Notes: a model not told the origin generated them from the letters alone. A stretch of 64,000 bases of DNA from Schmidtea nova (GCA_044892505.1 CM097884.1:35278001-35342000), one strand, 5' to 3'; numbered from the stretch's first letter, positions 1-10,986 are shown. Numbers and translations are program-made.

Positions 1-92
1 ATGTTTGGGAAGTTGAAGATTGTTCGAGATTTGAGTTTTTAAGTGTTTTGAAAGCTGAGAAGGAATCTTTATGTTGTGGTCATTTTCAAACC

Positions 93-560
93 ATGAAAGA
101 CTTTGAAAATCAAATCGATCACATTCCACAAGAATGGTTTTTTGAAGGAAATGGAAAGGGTTTAGAAATATGGTTTAATTCTGACGACAATGAGTGGAAT
201 TTGCGATCCATTCCTTAAAGATCCGTTGTTGAAATTCTTGACAAAGTTAATTGCTAGATCATTTCCAAAATTTCCAATGATCATATGGATTCTTATGTGT
301 TAAGTGAAAGCAGTTTCTTCGTATCACAAAAGAGAATAATCATAGAAACTTGTGACACATTTCTATTAAATGCTTCGAAATTGATATTGGAATTCGGCAA
401 ATGTTTAGGGTTTCATGAATACCAGATATTTCACTCACGTCGACGATTTGAATATTCTGCTTGTCAGATATTGGTTGCTCAAGACTTTTGATGAAATTGA
501 TCATTTCGATACTGTTGCTAATGTCAAATGAAATGCCTACTCGTTTGGATCGACTCATGT
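93..560 (+). pseudogene. AMD1: S-adenosylmethionine decarboxylase pseudogene (N-terminal part)
   Basis: Frame 3 from ATG 93 reads ..WFFEGNGKGLEIWFN..LRSIP*..VNC*IISK..DSYVLSESSFFVSQKRIIIETCD. This matches the SAMDC motifs FFEG.EKLLEVWF, LRTIP and YVLSE/SS (autocleavage site). In-frame stops at 216-218 and 255-257; frameshift near 488, after which DEIDHF..AYSFG resumes the similarity. Confidence 0.8.
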
Positions 561-943
561 GACACTGATAATGACATGCGCTTCTTCGCATTTGATGAGT
601 GACAATTTATTCACTGGATTTTCAATGACAGTTTCTATCAACTTATTTAATGATATTATGGTATATATATATATATTTGTGTTTGTCATCGGAAGTTGTC
701 CGCCAATTAAAGTTTCTTTTTTTGAATTTGTTTATATTTTCTCTCAAGCCTTGATCAACTGGCCTGGATCAAACATTGGTAGCAGAGCGTGGTTCCCATC
801 GGGGGACCACGTACTTCTTGGAACATGGGCAATGCTGTTCTGGCTATCCAGCCAGAAAAAGGTACATCCTTTTAATTTTTATTGTGATTCTTTTGAACAT
901 TTCTTTGGTAATTGTAAAATTTTGTTTTTGCCCTTTGTTGTAG

Positions 944-1090
944 CATTCCTTACCCGCTATATTGAAATATTTTTTGAATAGGGATAGGGGTATTTTAAGG
1001 ACGAAAATAGGGATATATGATAAAAAGATAAGGGGAACGGATGGGATTGCAGCGGTATTTTCGAATTTGCTCTTTGAGGTTTATGTAAAC
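944..1090 (+). pseudogene. Possible non-LTR reverse transcriptase fragment, continued at 2919-2960 after the hAT insertion
   Basis: Joining 1090 to 2919 gives the open peptide [37 protein letters not shown], resembling the LINE RT motifs G.PQG..LS.LLF..Y.ND and Y.DD. The similarity is weak and judged by eye. Confidence 0.35.
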
Positions 1091-2910
1091 CAGTCATGCA
1101 CAACCTTTTCAACGCTGTGGGCCGCATTAGAAAATTATTGATTAGACAATCACAAAAACTAGAAACAATTATTATTACATATATACTTTATTTCAAAAAC
1201 AAGGAAATTCACATTCAAAATAATTCAAAATATATTAGTAACTTAATCAAAAACAACTTAATTTTAATGTGATTTTTGTGGTTGCATATTAGATGCTAAC
1301 TTTTTTACATCCGGAGTAATATTTGTAGTAGCTACCTTTACCACGGCGTTTAGATTTTCATTTGTAAGTCGGTTTCTTTGAATTGATTTATTCAACTTCA
1401 TTATTAAAAAAGTTTGCTCACAAATGTCTGTACTCCCGAATAAACTTCCACAAAGCGCAGCATTTTCTCGTATATTTGGAAAGTTTTCTGTAGGAAGACA
1501 TTTGTAGAAGTTCATTAAGTCTCCTTCCTTAAATTTGGACTTCAATTCTTCGTTGGATTGAATGTCAATAAGCTCAAGTTGGAGTTTTGATTCAGAATTT
1601 TCATGTGATGCTTCGAAAGGATTAGCAAATGTGCTGAACCGTATTTTGTACCGGTCAAAGTCTTCAAATCGTTTATTGAAAGATTGCTGCAGTTGTTCAA
1701 TATAAATAACATATTGATTACTGTTCATCTTGTACTTTTTAAATATTTCATCGCAGTTCGAAAAGTGACAGGTATTATTATTGACTATTTGGGAATGGAA
1801 CAATGATAACTTGATTCGAAAAGCTGACACGTCACCATGTAATTTCGTGATTAATTGACATTTTCCTTGAAGTTTTAAGTTCAGATCATTTAAATGTCCG
1901 GATATATCTGTTAAAAATGCGAGATCATAGATCCATTTTGAATCTTCCAAATAATCCACTGGCTGACTTTTTTCATTTAAAAACATTTTAATTTCTTCAA
2001 TAAGGTTAAGGAAACGTAGCAGAATTTTGCCTGTACTTAACCAACGAACTTCACTATAGTACAAAACATCACCATATTCGCATTCAATTTCATTAAGAAA
2101 TTCCTTAAATTGTCTGTGATTTAATCCATGTGATCGGATGAAATTTACAGCTTTCACAACTTTTTTCATAACATGGTCGAAACCCAGATTTTTGCAAATT
2201 AAATTTTGTTGGTGTATAATGCAGTGATACTTCATTAAATCAGTATGTATTCCTTTTTATTTCATATGTTCGGATAAAAGAGTAGTCATACCGATTTTAG
2301 GACCAATCATTGAAGGAGCACCGTCAGTCATTATACCAGAAAGCTTTGATAAATCCAAATTATGCTTCTGCATGCAAGATAATAATGCCTGCAATAAATC
2401 CGATCCTCTTGTTTGGTCTTTCATTGGATAGAGTTCGAAAAGATCTTCAAAAATCTCATAATCTGATGTTTTACAACGGGCATATATACACAATTGAGCA
2501 ATGGAAGTTACATCGGTAGATTCATCAACAGCTAACGAAAAATTGATACAGTTTTTGAATATTCTTGAAAATTTAGTCACGATATCAGCAGAAATATCGG
2601 TGATACGTCGTTGTATTGTCATTCGGTTTAAACTTAGTGCTTCAAATTTCGAGTTGCATTTTGTACAACATAATTTTTTTGATGCTACGATTAAGCAGTT
2701 TTTTACAAAATCACCATCGGTATACGGTCGAGACGATTTTGCTATTAAATTGGCAATATCAAAACTTACTTCAACTGCTTGCTCTGCAGATTCATTGCTC
2801 TTTTTAAATATATCTTGTTGTGCTTGTAATAATTTGACCATTGAAGTAATTTATTGTGTTCTTAAAGCACCAGAATACTTTTCATTAAAATCAGAATGCT
2901 TACTTTGAAA
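1091..2910 (-). mobile_element. hAT (Buster/SPIN-type) DNA transposon, 5' end deleted
   Basis: Terminus CAGTCATGCACAACCTTTT..GGGCCGCAT at 1091. The 8-mer ATGTAAAC (nnnTAnnn, Buster-type TSD) sits at both 1083-1090 and 2911-2918. There is no TIR at the right end. Confidence 0.88.
1264..2908 (-). pseudogene. hAT/Buster (GTF2IRD2/EPM2AIP1-like) transposase with in-frame stops
   Basis: ORFs 2257-2841 and 1264-2235 share one frame, separated by a single TAA (2257-2259). Motifs: LAVDESTD, MTDGAPSM, HCIIHQQNL, EVRWLSTG, FGSTDICEQTF. A further TAA lies just upstream of 2841. Confidence 0.92.
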
Positions 2911-3176
2911 ATGTAAACGATATTGTAAACGATATGAAAAATTTAAATTTGACTTGTTACCAGGATCGAAAGGTTAAAGAAATAGACAAAGGGGGTAAGG
3001 TGCGAGAGGAAAGTTTAATTAATGTAAGGGAGGTGATAGGTGGAGTGGCTTGGCCACAGGATATTGGAAAAGAATGTTGCCATGGACCCCATCATTCTTT
3101 TATATTTGGGAATAATATGGGTAGAGAAGGTGCTCGTTATAGGTATCCGCATGGGGTTAGGCGATCGAGAGAGGTA

Positions 3177-3403
3177 TGGCAGATATTTGTGAAGACTTTG
3201 ACAGGGAAAACTATTACTATTGAAGTGGAAATAATTGACACAATTGCGGACGTAAAAGAGAAAATTCAGGACAAAGAGGGAATACACCTAGTCAACAAAG
3301 GCTTAGTTACCATTGCAAACTATTAAAGGAAGGAAGTAGACTGAGTGATTACCTGATACATGATGAATCCACTATTCATCTATCATTGAGATTGTGTGGA
3401 GGG
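3177..3403 (+). pseudogene. Full-length ubiquitin-like domain fused to Gag (one 1-nt deletion)
   Basis: [38 protein letters not shown][fs][37 protein letters not shown]. The span is 227 nt, i.e. 76 codons minus 1 nt, with about 51/76 identities to ubiquitin by manual alignment. The second half is in frame with the Gag ORF. Confidence 0.93.
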
Positions 3404-4660
3404 AATGGTGAAGAGGAGGAATTAGAGGAAGGATTGAGAAAGAAGAGGAGTGTCAAGTATAAATTGACGAGATTAAGAAATAAATGGATGAACGATATGC
3501 TGGCAGAAGAAGCATCACATGTGCTTGATGAATATCAGGAAGCAATGGAGAGTGCCATAGAGAATTTTGAAAGACTGTTGGATATCAGCAGAAGATTAGG
3601 AAGGTCAGATACAACAACTGTGCTAGAAGCGGATTTAAAAGAGATTGAAGAAAAGAATGATAAGGTGGAAGAGCAAATTTCGTCAAAGGCCAATCAGTCA
3701 GTAAGGTCGAATGACAACAACACAATTAAAGAGGTAGGTGGGAATGAAACAAAGAAAAGACTAGATAAAATGCAGAAGATACGAATTCAGATATTTGATG
3801 TACAACAGAAAGAATACGAAAGTTGGAGAGCTGCTTTCCATGCTTGTGTTGATAATGCACATGGTGAGGATGATGAAAAGATGTTACACCTTCGATCGTA
3901 TCTGAAAGGTGAACCATTAAAGTTGATCGAAAATTTAGGATTTTCTTCAACCGGTTACCAAATGGTAAAGGAAAAGCTCGATAGAAGATATGGCGGTGAA
4001 GAACGAAATTATTTAGCGGCTCTTGAAGACATAGACAAGTTCCGACCCGTTCGTGAAAATGAAATGCTAGAAATAGAGGCATTCGTTGGATTATTAGAAA
4101 CCCTGGAAGTTAGAATAATTAGTATTAGACGAGAGGACGAAATGAAGAACAGTTATTTATTGAAAAGATGCCTGCAGAAACTACCCAGCTCGCTGTTATA
4201 CAAATGGAAGAAAGATTTTGAGGAGGAAAAGGTAACCGAGTGTATCCAAGATTTAAGAAATTGGTTACAAGATGAAGTCGAGCTGTTAAGGTCAACCAAA
4301 GAAACACTTTATGGAGTTGGTGATGACAATAGAAGAAACGATTGGAAAAGGCAGGATGGGTCGTCAAGAAACCTTGTAAATCTAAGACAAGGGAACCGGA
4401 CGCTTGTTGGGCAAGTAGCGGATAAGAATGATAACAAGGCAAACATGCCAAGAAATGAATTTTTGGGCACAAAGTTGAAATGTTGGAAATGCAAGGAAAA
4501 TTGTTATTTGGATCAATGCAGAGAATTTAAAGAAATAACGCCCGCAATGCGACATAAACCAGTAGGAGACTGGAAGTTATGCTTCAATTGTTTAAAGACG
4601 AATCATTTGGCATCGGAATGTCGAAAGGCTTCATTTTGTAGGAAAGAGGGCGTAATCTGA
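3404..4660 (+). CDS. BEL/Pao Gag (DUF1759-like core plus Cys/His knuckles)
   Basis: Open frame of 424 aa with KMLHLRSYLKGEPLKLI..GYQMVKEKLDRRYG, CWKCKENC..DQC and CFNCLKTNHLASEC. Confidence 0.85.
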   Translation, partial: NGEEEELEEGLRKKRSVKYKLTRLRNKWMNDMLAEEASHVLDEYQEAMESAIENFERLLDISRRLGRSDTTTVLEADLKEIEEKNDKVEEQISSKANQSVRSNDNNTIKEVGGNETKKRLDKMQKIRIQIFDVQQKEYESWRAAFHACVDNAHGEDDEKMLHLRSYLKGEPLKLIENLGFSSTGYQMVKEKLDRRYGGEERNYLAALEDIDKFRPVRENEMLEIEAFVGLLETLEVRIISIRREDEMKNSYLLKRCLQKLPSSLLYKWKKDFEEEKVTECIQDLRNWLQDEVELLRSTKETLYGVGDDNRRNDWKRQDGSSRNLVNLRQGNRTLVGQVADKNDNKANMPRNEFLGTKLKCWKCKENCYLDQCREFKEITPAMRHKPVGDWKLCFNCLKTNHLASECRKASFCRKEGVI

Positions 4661-4716
4661 AACACAGTACCCTACTTCATGTGGATCAGTTAGAGTCTAA
4701 AAGGAAGTAGAACACA

Positions 4717-5880
4717 TTGATGTCCGCTACGAAAGATGATTTGATAACAAGAGAGCAAATATTTCTAAGCTTGAGGACCATACCAATCTATCTTGAGCAT
4801 GGAAGAAAGAAGATTAAAATTAATGCGCTTTTAGACGATGCTAGCTCTATTAGCTACATTAGTCAGAGTATTGCTGACGAGTTGGGTTTAAAATGGAAAG
4901 AGGAAATAGTTCCTGTGAGCGTCATCGAAGGTGACATTCAAAATATGACAACAAAAATAGTCACGATGACGTTAATAAGTTATGATCAGAAGATGAAGAA
5001 GGAGTTTACAGCGTCAGCCGTAAAGAGTGTAACCGGAGAAATGAAGGTAATTAATTGGGCAAAGGAAAAATGGCAATGGGAGCACTTAAAGGATATATGA
5101 TTTCCAATGCTTGATGAACAACAGGTGGTGCATGTTCTTATTGGAGCCGATTATTTAGGGTTGAAAAGAGAGTTGAAGGAAGTGGATGAGAAGATGAATG
5201 AACCTATTGCGAGATTAACGCTGTTAGGTTGGACCTGTGTTGGTAATACGCCGATATGGAAGATGTGGAGTCACCAGAGTAATTTTACGCGAACTTTCTT
5301 TGGTCAGGGAGATGGATTGGATGAAATTGGGCTAAAGGAAGTAGAGTTTTCAAGAAACAATATGGAAATATATGATAGGACTAAAGGCACGTTACGAAAG
5401 GTAGCCGGAAATTATGAAGTGAGAATTCCATGCAAATCGTCACCAAAGTTATTACCGGACAGTGGGTTTATGGCTGAGAGACGTCTAAAAAACCTACAAC
5501 GGAAACTAGAAAACGAAGGAATCAAAGAGGAATATGAAAACATTTTTGAAGATTATATAAAGAAAGATTATATAACAGTTGTTAAAGAAGATCATATAAA
5601 AGATAAAGAAAATGAATGGATTTTACCTCATTTTCCAGTAATAAGACGAGATAAACAAACAACAAAAGTTCGAATTGTTTTTGATGCAGCGGCAAAAAGT
5701 GGTGGAAGGGCGTTGAACGATATAGTGGAGAGTGGACCTAAGCTACAGAACGAAGTGTTCGATTATTTAGTAAGATTTCGGAGATATTCTGTCGCATTAG
5801 TTTAGGATATAGCAAATATGTACTTACAAGTTAAGATTGCTCCGGAAGATAAACCATATCACCGGTTTTTATGGAAAAAG
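4717..5880 (+). pseudogene. BEL/Pao protease and reverse transcriptase N-half
   Basis: All in frame 1, with stops at 5098-5100 and 5803-5805. The similarity ends at HRFLWKK (about 5880), before the catalytic YxDD. RNase H and integrase are absent. Confidence 0.88.
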
Positions 5881-5967
5881 GATAATATTGCTGGTAAAAT
5901 GGTTGACAACTTTAAGTCTGTCGGTATTGCAAGCGAGAATTAAATAAATACTACTTCAAACGAATTA

Positions 5968-6732
5968 GTGCAAAAATTAAGGAAGGAAATTGAATCTACA
6001 ATGGTTGTGGAAGATGAGCAGGCAATGAGTGAAGAAAATACTGAAGAAAATTGCATTGTCGATGAGAAAATTGTGGAAAATATTAACGATATCGATGAAA
6101 ATTGTAAAATTGAGGAAAATAGCGGAGAGAATGTCATTAATGATGAAAAGATGGAGCAAGAAAAATTAGAAAGTTCGAATATTAATAAAAATGACAAAAT
6201 AGATGAAATGTCTTTGGGAATTGAAACTATTTCTCAACAAGTGCAACAATCTGTTGAGTTTCAGCAGTCACTCCAAAATGCATTTGAAACAAGTAAAGAC
6301 AAAGGTGAAAAACTCATGGGAGAATTAAAAAATGTGAATTTGATAAATGAAAATTTAAACGATAAAGATGAATTCAGAAATAGGATAAAAATCTTGGAAT
6401 TAGAAATAGAAGATCTTGAAAATAAAATAAAAACGACCGAATTAGAATATAAAAGTGAAATTAAAGAGTTAAAAGTAAAGTTAAAGAATTTGGCTGAAAC
6501 TGTTGAAACGTTATCAGTGGAGATGGGAAATGTAAATGACATTAACGATAAATTGGAAACGGTGATTTTAGAAATAAAAATGTCCATATGTGTGAGGGTG
6601 AGTATCCAGGATAGTTCAAGAGGATTATTGGTCAAGGAAAAATTCAGGGACAAAAATAAGTATTGGCCGAAATGGAAAAATAAAGTTAAGAATCAGAAGG
6701 TTTGCCCCCCTAGAGATGAATGGGTCGGTTGA
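5968..6732 (+). CDS. Acidic/coiled-coil ORF (254 aa) in the same frame as the truncated pol
   Basis: E/N/K-rich, with heptad-like RIKILELEIEDLENKIK..EIKELKVKLKNLAETVETL. A single TAA (5941-5943) separates it from the RT frame. Confidence 0.5.
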   Translation: MQKLRKEIESTMVVEDEQAMSEENTEENCIVDEKIVENINDIDENCKIEENSGENVINDEKMEQEKLESSNINKNDKIDEMSLGIETISQQVQQSVEFQQSLQNAFETSKDKGEKLMGELKNVNLINENLNDKDEFRNRIKILELEIEDLENKIKTTELEYKSEIKELKVKLKNLAETVETLSVEMGNVNDINDKLETVILEIKMSICVRVSIQDSSRGLLVKEKFRDKNKYWPKWKNKVKNQKVCPPRDEWVG

Positions 6733-7369
6733 TCTGCTAGAAGGGATCAAGGCTTACTTCTATCTGAGTCTATGTGTGCGTAGCATGAGTGAAGTCGCGT
6801 CCGTGTGTGCTTTTATAATTTAATTTAGTTTTATTCGCGGAGTAAAGGGGAAAAGGGAGACTTAATGCTAAAAAGGAAAATGAATAAGAATAATAAACAC
6901 TTGGGGTTGACACAAAGGTGTCAAGAAGGGGGGTATGGTGATTTCTGGATGTACTATCAAACCACTATCAAAGATTTTGATAGCAGAAAACTGTTTGCAT
7001 GGAATACACAAGTTAAAGAGGCGTTTATTTATTAAAAGGAGCTCTAACAGAAACACATATTCTTAGTTTACCAATCGACAGCGGTGATTTTATTTTTGAT
7101 ACAGATGCTTCTAACAACCACATCGAAGAAGTTCTCTCTCAAATTCAAAATGGAGAAGAAAACGGCTCAAAATGCATCACAAAAGTCCAAAGCAAATATT
7201 TTATAACTTGAAAAGAAATTTTGGCTATCTATACATTTGTTCTAAAATATAAATATTATGTTTTCGGTAGAAAGTTTATCGTTTGAAATGATCATTAAGC
7301 ATTGAAATGGTTTTTAATTTGGATTCTCCAAATACTTCACAGTTTTGTATTTGGAAAGTAGAATTAAAA

Positions 7370-9480
7370 GTTTATGACATGGAAATTAAATACTGATTTG
7401 GAAAGGAACATCTTAACGCAGACGTACTGCCCAGAACCGCATTGTGAACAATTCCAAATATTGCACTCGGATCCACAAAAGAAGCGTAATGTAAAAATTT
7501 GCAATGAATTATGCTCAAGATCTGAGTCAAATCCAGATTGCCAAAACGGGAATTTTCAAACTCTTTCTACTGACATGAAAAAAATAATCAGATATAAAAA
7601 AAACTTAGAATTCTAGGTGATTTATTATACACTTTTAATAATAACATCTATCGTGAAGTGTTACCAGTTAAAAAACGAAAGAATATGATAGAAAATTTTC
7701 ATAAGCAACTAGGACATGTTGGTGTGGAAAAGATGTGCAAAGCAATTCAAAATGAATTCTTTTGGCTAGATATTCTAAGTGATATCGAAAAGAAATATCG
7801 CTGTGTACATCTTGTTGAGGTTCGTATAAAATGGTTCAACGTGATATGAAAGTGCTCGGTGATACAATTGATAGATTACAATTGATAAATAAGTACAAAA
7901 TTAATTAAAAATTTGAATTTAAAAATTGACATATCGGTAGGGGGTGGGTGTGTGCAAACGGCAAATGAAGAGACGAGTACGAGTACGAATATGATAAAAA
8001 ATATCAATGGGGGGTCCCTAGAAAAAGATATTCAATAATTAAAAATCAGTTAAAAATTAATGAATAATTTATTAGTTATGTAGAAAACACGTGTCAATTG
8101 GAAAGCCAAAAAAAGGAAAACCCGATATAAAATCTAATTACCGGAGTCGTAGGCCAAAATAATTGAGTTATAAGAGACAACGATCATCTCAATTCTGCGA
8201 AAATCTAAGTTTATAAAAGAATAATCATATTGCATCCCTATTGTAAAAATTTGTTTGAAATGTTGACGCTATGAAATTGCTATAAAAAGATTAACAGAGC
8301 TGCTGTAAATCGACAGTTTGGTCAAAGTAAAAATTTATTCGGGAGTACGACACATTTGGTAAGTGAAGAGAGTTCGATTATCAGAAATCTAATATTAGCA
8401 AATCAAAAGAGTATTAAAAAGGGCGATCTACACTTGGTAGACTTAACCATATCGCTGAAATAAAAAGAGTGCGGAGTGTTTTGCAGAAATTTGAAATTGT
8501 ATTGATTTATAGTTTGTAAATTGTGGAATGTAATAAAAGTTATTGTGTTGGGTTTTAGTGATTTGTTTTTCTAGTAGCACGAGGAGTGAAACAATAAACC
8601 GACTTAAAATAAATAACCCAAAAATTTTGTCAAGATTCAAACGATAAAAAATAGACGAAATAGAACTCCGCTGCAAAATAATCAGTCATTTCAAATGATT
8701 GCCATTGATATCACCGGGTCTTTTCAAATAAAAACACGTGGAAACAGATATATTATCGGCAATTTAGATTATTATACAAAATATGAATGCCTGATTCCAC
8801 TAAAATATATTTCTACTAAAGCTGTGGCTAACACTATATGGACTCAGTGAATTACAAAGTTTGAGTGTCCGGGATATGTTCAGTCAAATAATGATTCAAA
8901 TTTTATAAGTAAACTTATTGAAGTATTCAGTATGAATATGAGAAGTAAAAAAGGTTTTTCAACACCGAATTTTCCACAGTGCAATGGGTTGATTGAAAGA
9001 CTATAAATAACTGCAAAGAAGATAATTTGCAGTGGTTTAAAAGAAAGACGATCCAACAGTTGAAATGAAATATTACCAATGATTGAAATGGGAATCAGAA
9101 GTAAAACACAAAAGAGAACAGGATATTCTACATATAAGATTTTGTTTGATCTCAAATTAATAAACCTTTGAGTGTTGATATCACATATGATGATTTACTT
9201 TTAGAGCGGTGGAGATTATATATGAAGACAATTCAAATTGAGGCTTTGAAAACCATCCAAAACAATCAAGAGATTCAAAAGATGAATTATGACAAAGGAA
9301 GAATATCTGATGATATTGAAATTGGCGATTAGTGGTGGTTTGAAGAGAAAGTAACCAAAGTTCCAATTCAAAATATTATCGTCCTTTTTCTATTAAAGCA
9401 GTCATTAACAAATGGACTTATCTACTAAGAAGAAAAGATGGAAGAACGCTTCAGAAAAACTTCAACCAAGTAAAAAAGGA
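7370..9480 (+). mobile_element. Ty3/Gypsy pol remnant (integrase), heavily decayed and interrupted
   Basis: FHKQLGHVGVEKM..FFW (integrase Zn domain, 7690-7790). FQMIAIDITGSF..GNRYII..DYYTKY and PQCNGLIERL (integrase core, 8690-9005). Many stops. Confidence 0.72.
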
Positions 9481-10946
9481 TACCAAATAATTCAAGAAGT
9501 GTTGAAGCACTGGAAACAAGCGAGGGGATTGTTTTAATATCAATAGAAATTTTGGATCTTGATTTAAAATTGTTAATTTAATTAATCTATTATAATTTAA
9601 ATATAAAATATTCACCTTTTACAGGATCCTAGAATATTAAAATCAGAAATACCAACTTCTTGCGAAAATAAATAAAAAGAACCTTAATAAGGATTTTTAT
9701 CCTCGCCAAGTTCCCAAATCCTATGTTAAGTAGTGAATATATCTCAAAGAATTCAAAAGAGATATCAAATAAAATAAATTCTTAAAATAACATTCGGAAA
9801 CATTTTACCAAGAAATAGAGACTGGACGCTGCCAAAAAGTTTCCACAGATCAATTAATGTAAATGAGAGAAAAATGAGAGAAGCGCAAACAAATTTGAAT
9901 GAATGCTAGTTAGTAGTAAATGATGTTCTTACAAATAAAATAATTTAAATAAAATTTTAACTACTCATACACCATCAGAATCAAACTCAACGCCTGTGAC
10001 TAAAGAAGTAAAAAGAGTAAGTCAAGTCTGAAGAGAAGACGTCAGCATAGTCGTCAGTTAGAGACCAGGATATTAAAGAAGTTCAATGCTCAATTATTAT
10101 TTCTGAAATCATTAACAAACGAAGAATTTATTGGCAACTTGATTATCTCATAAATCGATATCTGTGCATTAAATGTTTATTAGGTATAATGGAATGTGTA
10201 TTTATAGTTTTGGTGATGATATAAGGTATATATATAATAATGAATGGTGCAGCCAAACTCAAGAACTTCCATCAGCAGGTAGAACCTGGAAAGCAGGGTA
10301 TGACCAAGGATTAGTTCTGGAAGTAGAGCTTAACTGGTACATAATCGAGGAACGTAGCAAAATTTTCTTGATAGTGTTAAGTGAGAGGAAACCCATGGAT
10401 AAACAGTGAAAGAAATTTTTAATTGAACGAAACACACAAATATGGAAGAACTTAAATTTTAGAATAAATTCTATATACTAAAAATAAAATATTATTGGAA
10501 AAGTACACTCATTTTATAAATTCCTCTACTTCTACTTTAATATTTAATATTTGTATTAAAAATAATTTGTATTATTTTAATTTTATAAGCTGTGCATCTA
10601 ACAAAATTATAAATTTATTAGTTCCCAAGAATTACACTTCAGATCATAGAATAATATTTTAATTAAACGATGAAATTATTTTAAATAATTAAAAATTACT
10701 GTTTCGTTTTCTGATAAATGTGTATTTGAGCATACTTAATTGTTAAAGATTTACTCTTTTGAAACTTTTTAATATACAACATATTATAATTTCTCAAAAC
10801 AAATAAAAATTTAAATATTTATGTCAAAGAAAATTTTGAAAATTACAATAGCGATTTTATTGTGTGTTAAGTTTGCTTTAATTTCATAATAATAGCACAA
10901 TAGCTAACATGCTGTATTTAAATGAATCGTTTTAATATTAATTACA

Positions 10947-10979
10947 TATAAATATTTAAATTTAGGAAGTGAGTCATTT
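10947..10979 (+). promoter_or_regulatory. Candidate core promoter of the ERM gene (TATA plus Inr)
   Basis: TATAAATA at 10947-10954 and Inr-like TCATTT at 10974-10979, about 29 nt apart and about 11 nt before the ATG. An overlapping GGAAGT/TGAGTCA lies at 10965-10976. Short motifs in AT-rich DNA could be chance. Confidence 0.4.
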
Positions 10980-10986
10980 TTTCAAA

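Larger units (their letters stand above)
2919..6935 (+). mobile_element. BEL/Pao LTR retrotransposon, decayed and internally deleted, with ubiquitin-Gag fusion
   Basis: Pao-type Gag with three zinc knuckles (the last CRKEG[C]NLKHSTLLH after a frameshift at about 4651), protease (INALLDDASS) and Pao RT N-half (LPHFPVIR.DK.TTKVRIVFDA, LND..ESGPKL, DIANMYLQV). No LTR pair found, so the boundaries are uncertain. Confidence 0.9.

Noticed and set aside
216-2259. In-frame TAA/TAG at conserved positions of SAMDC and the hAT transposase, suggesting TAA/TAG reassignment
   Set aside because: The intact ERM gene has no internal TAA/TAG and ends at TAA exactly at the conserved C-terminus. The affected ORFs also carry frameshifts, so this is ordinary decay.
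2919-7000. LTR pair for the BEL/Pao element
   Set aside because: The sequence after the candidate purine tract (about 6923-6933) does not match anything upstream of the Ub-Gag ORF.
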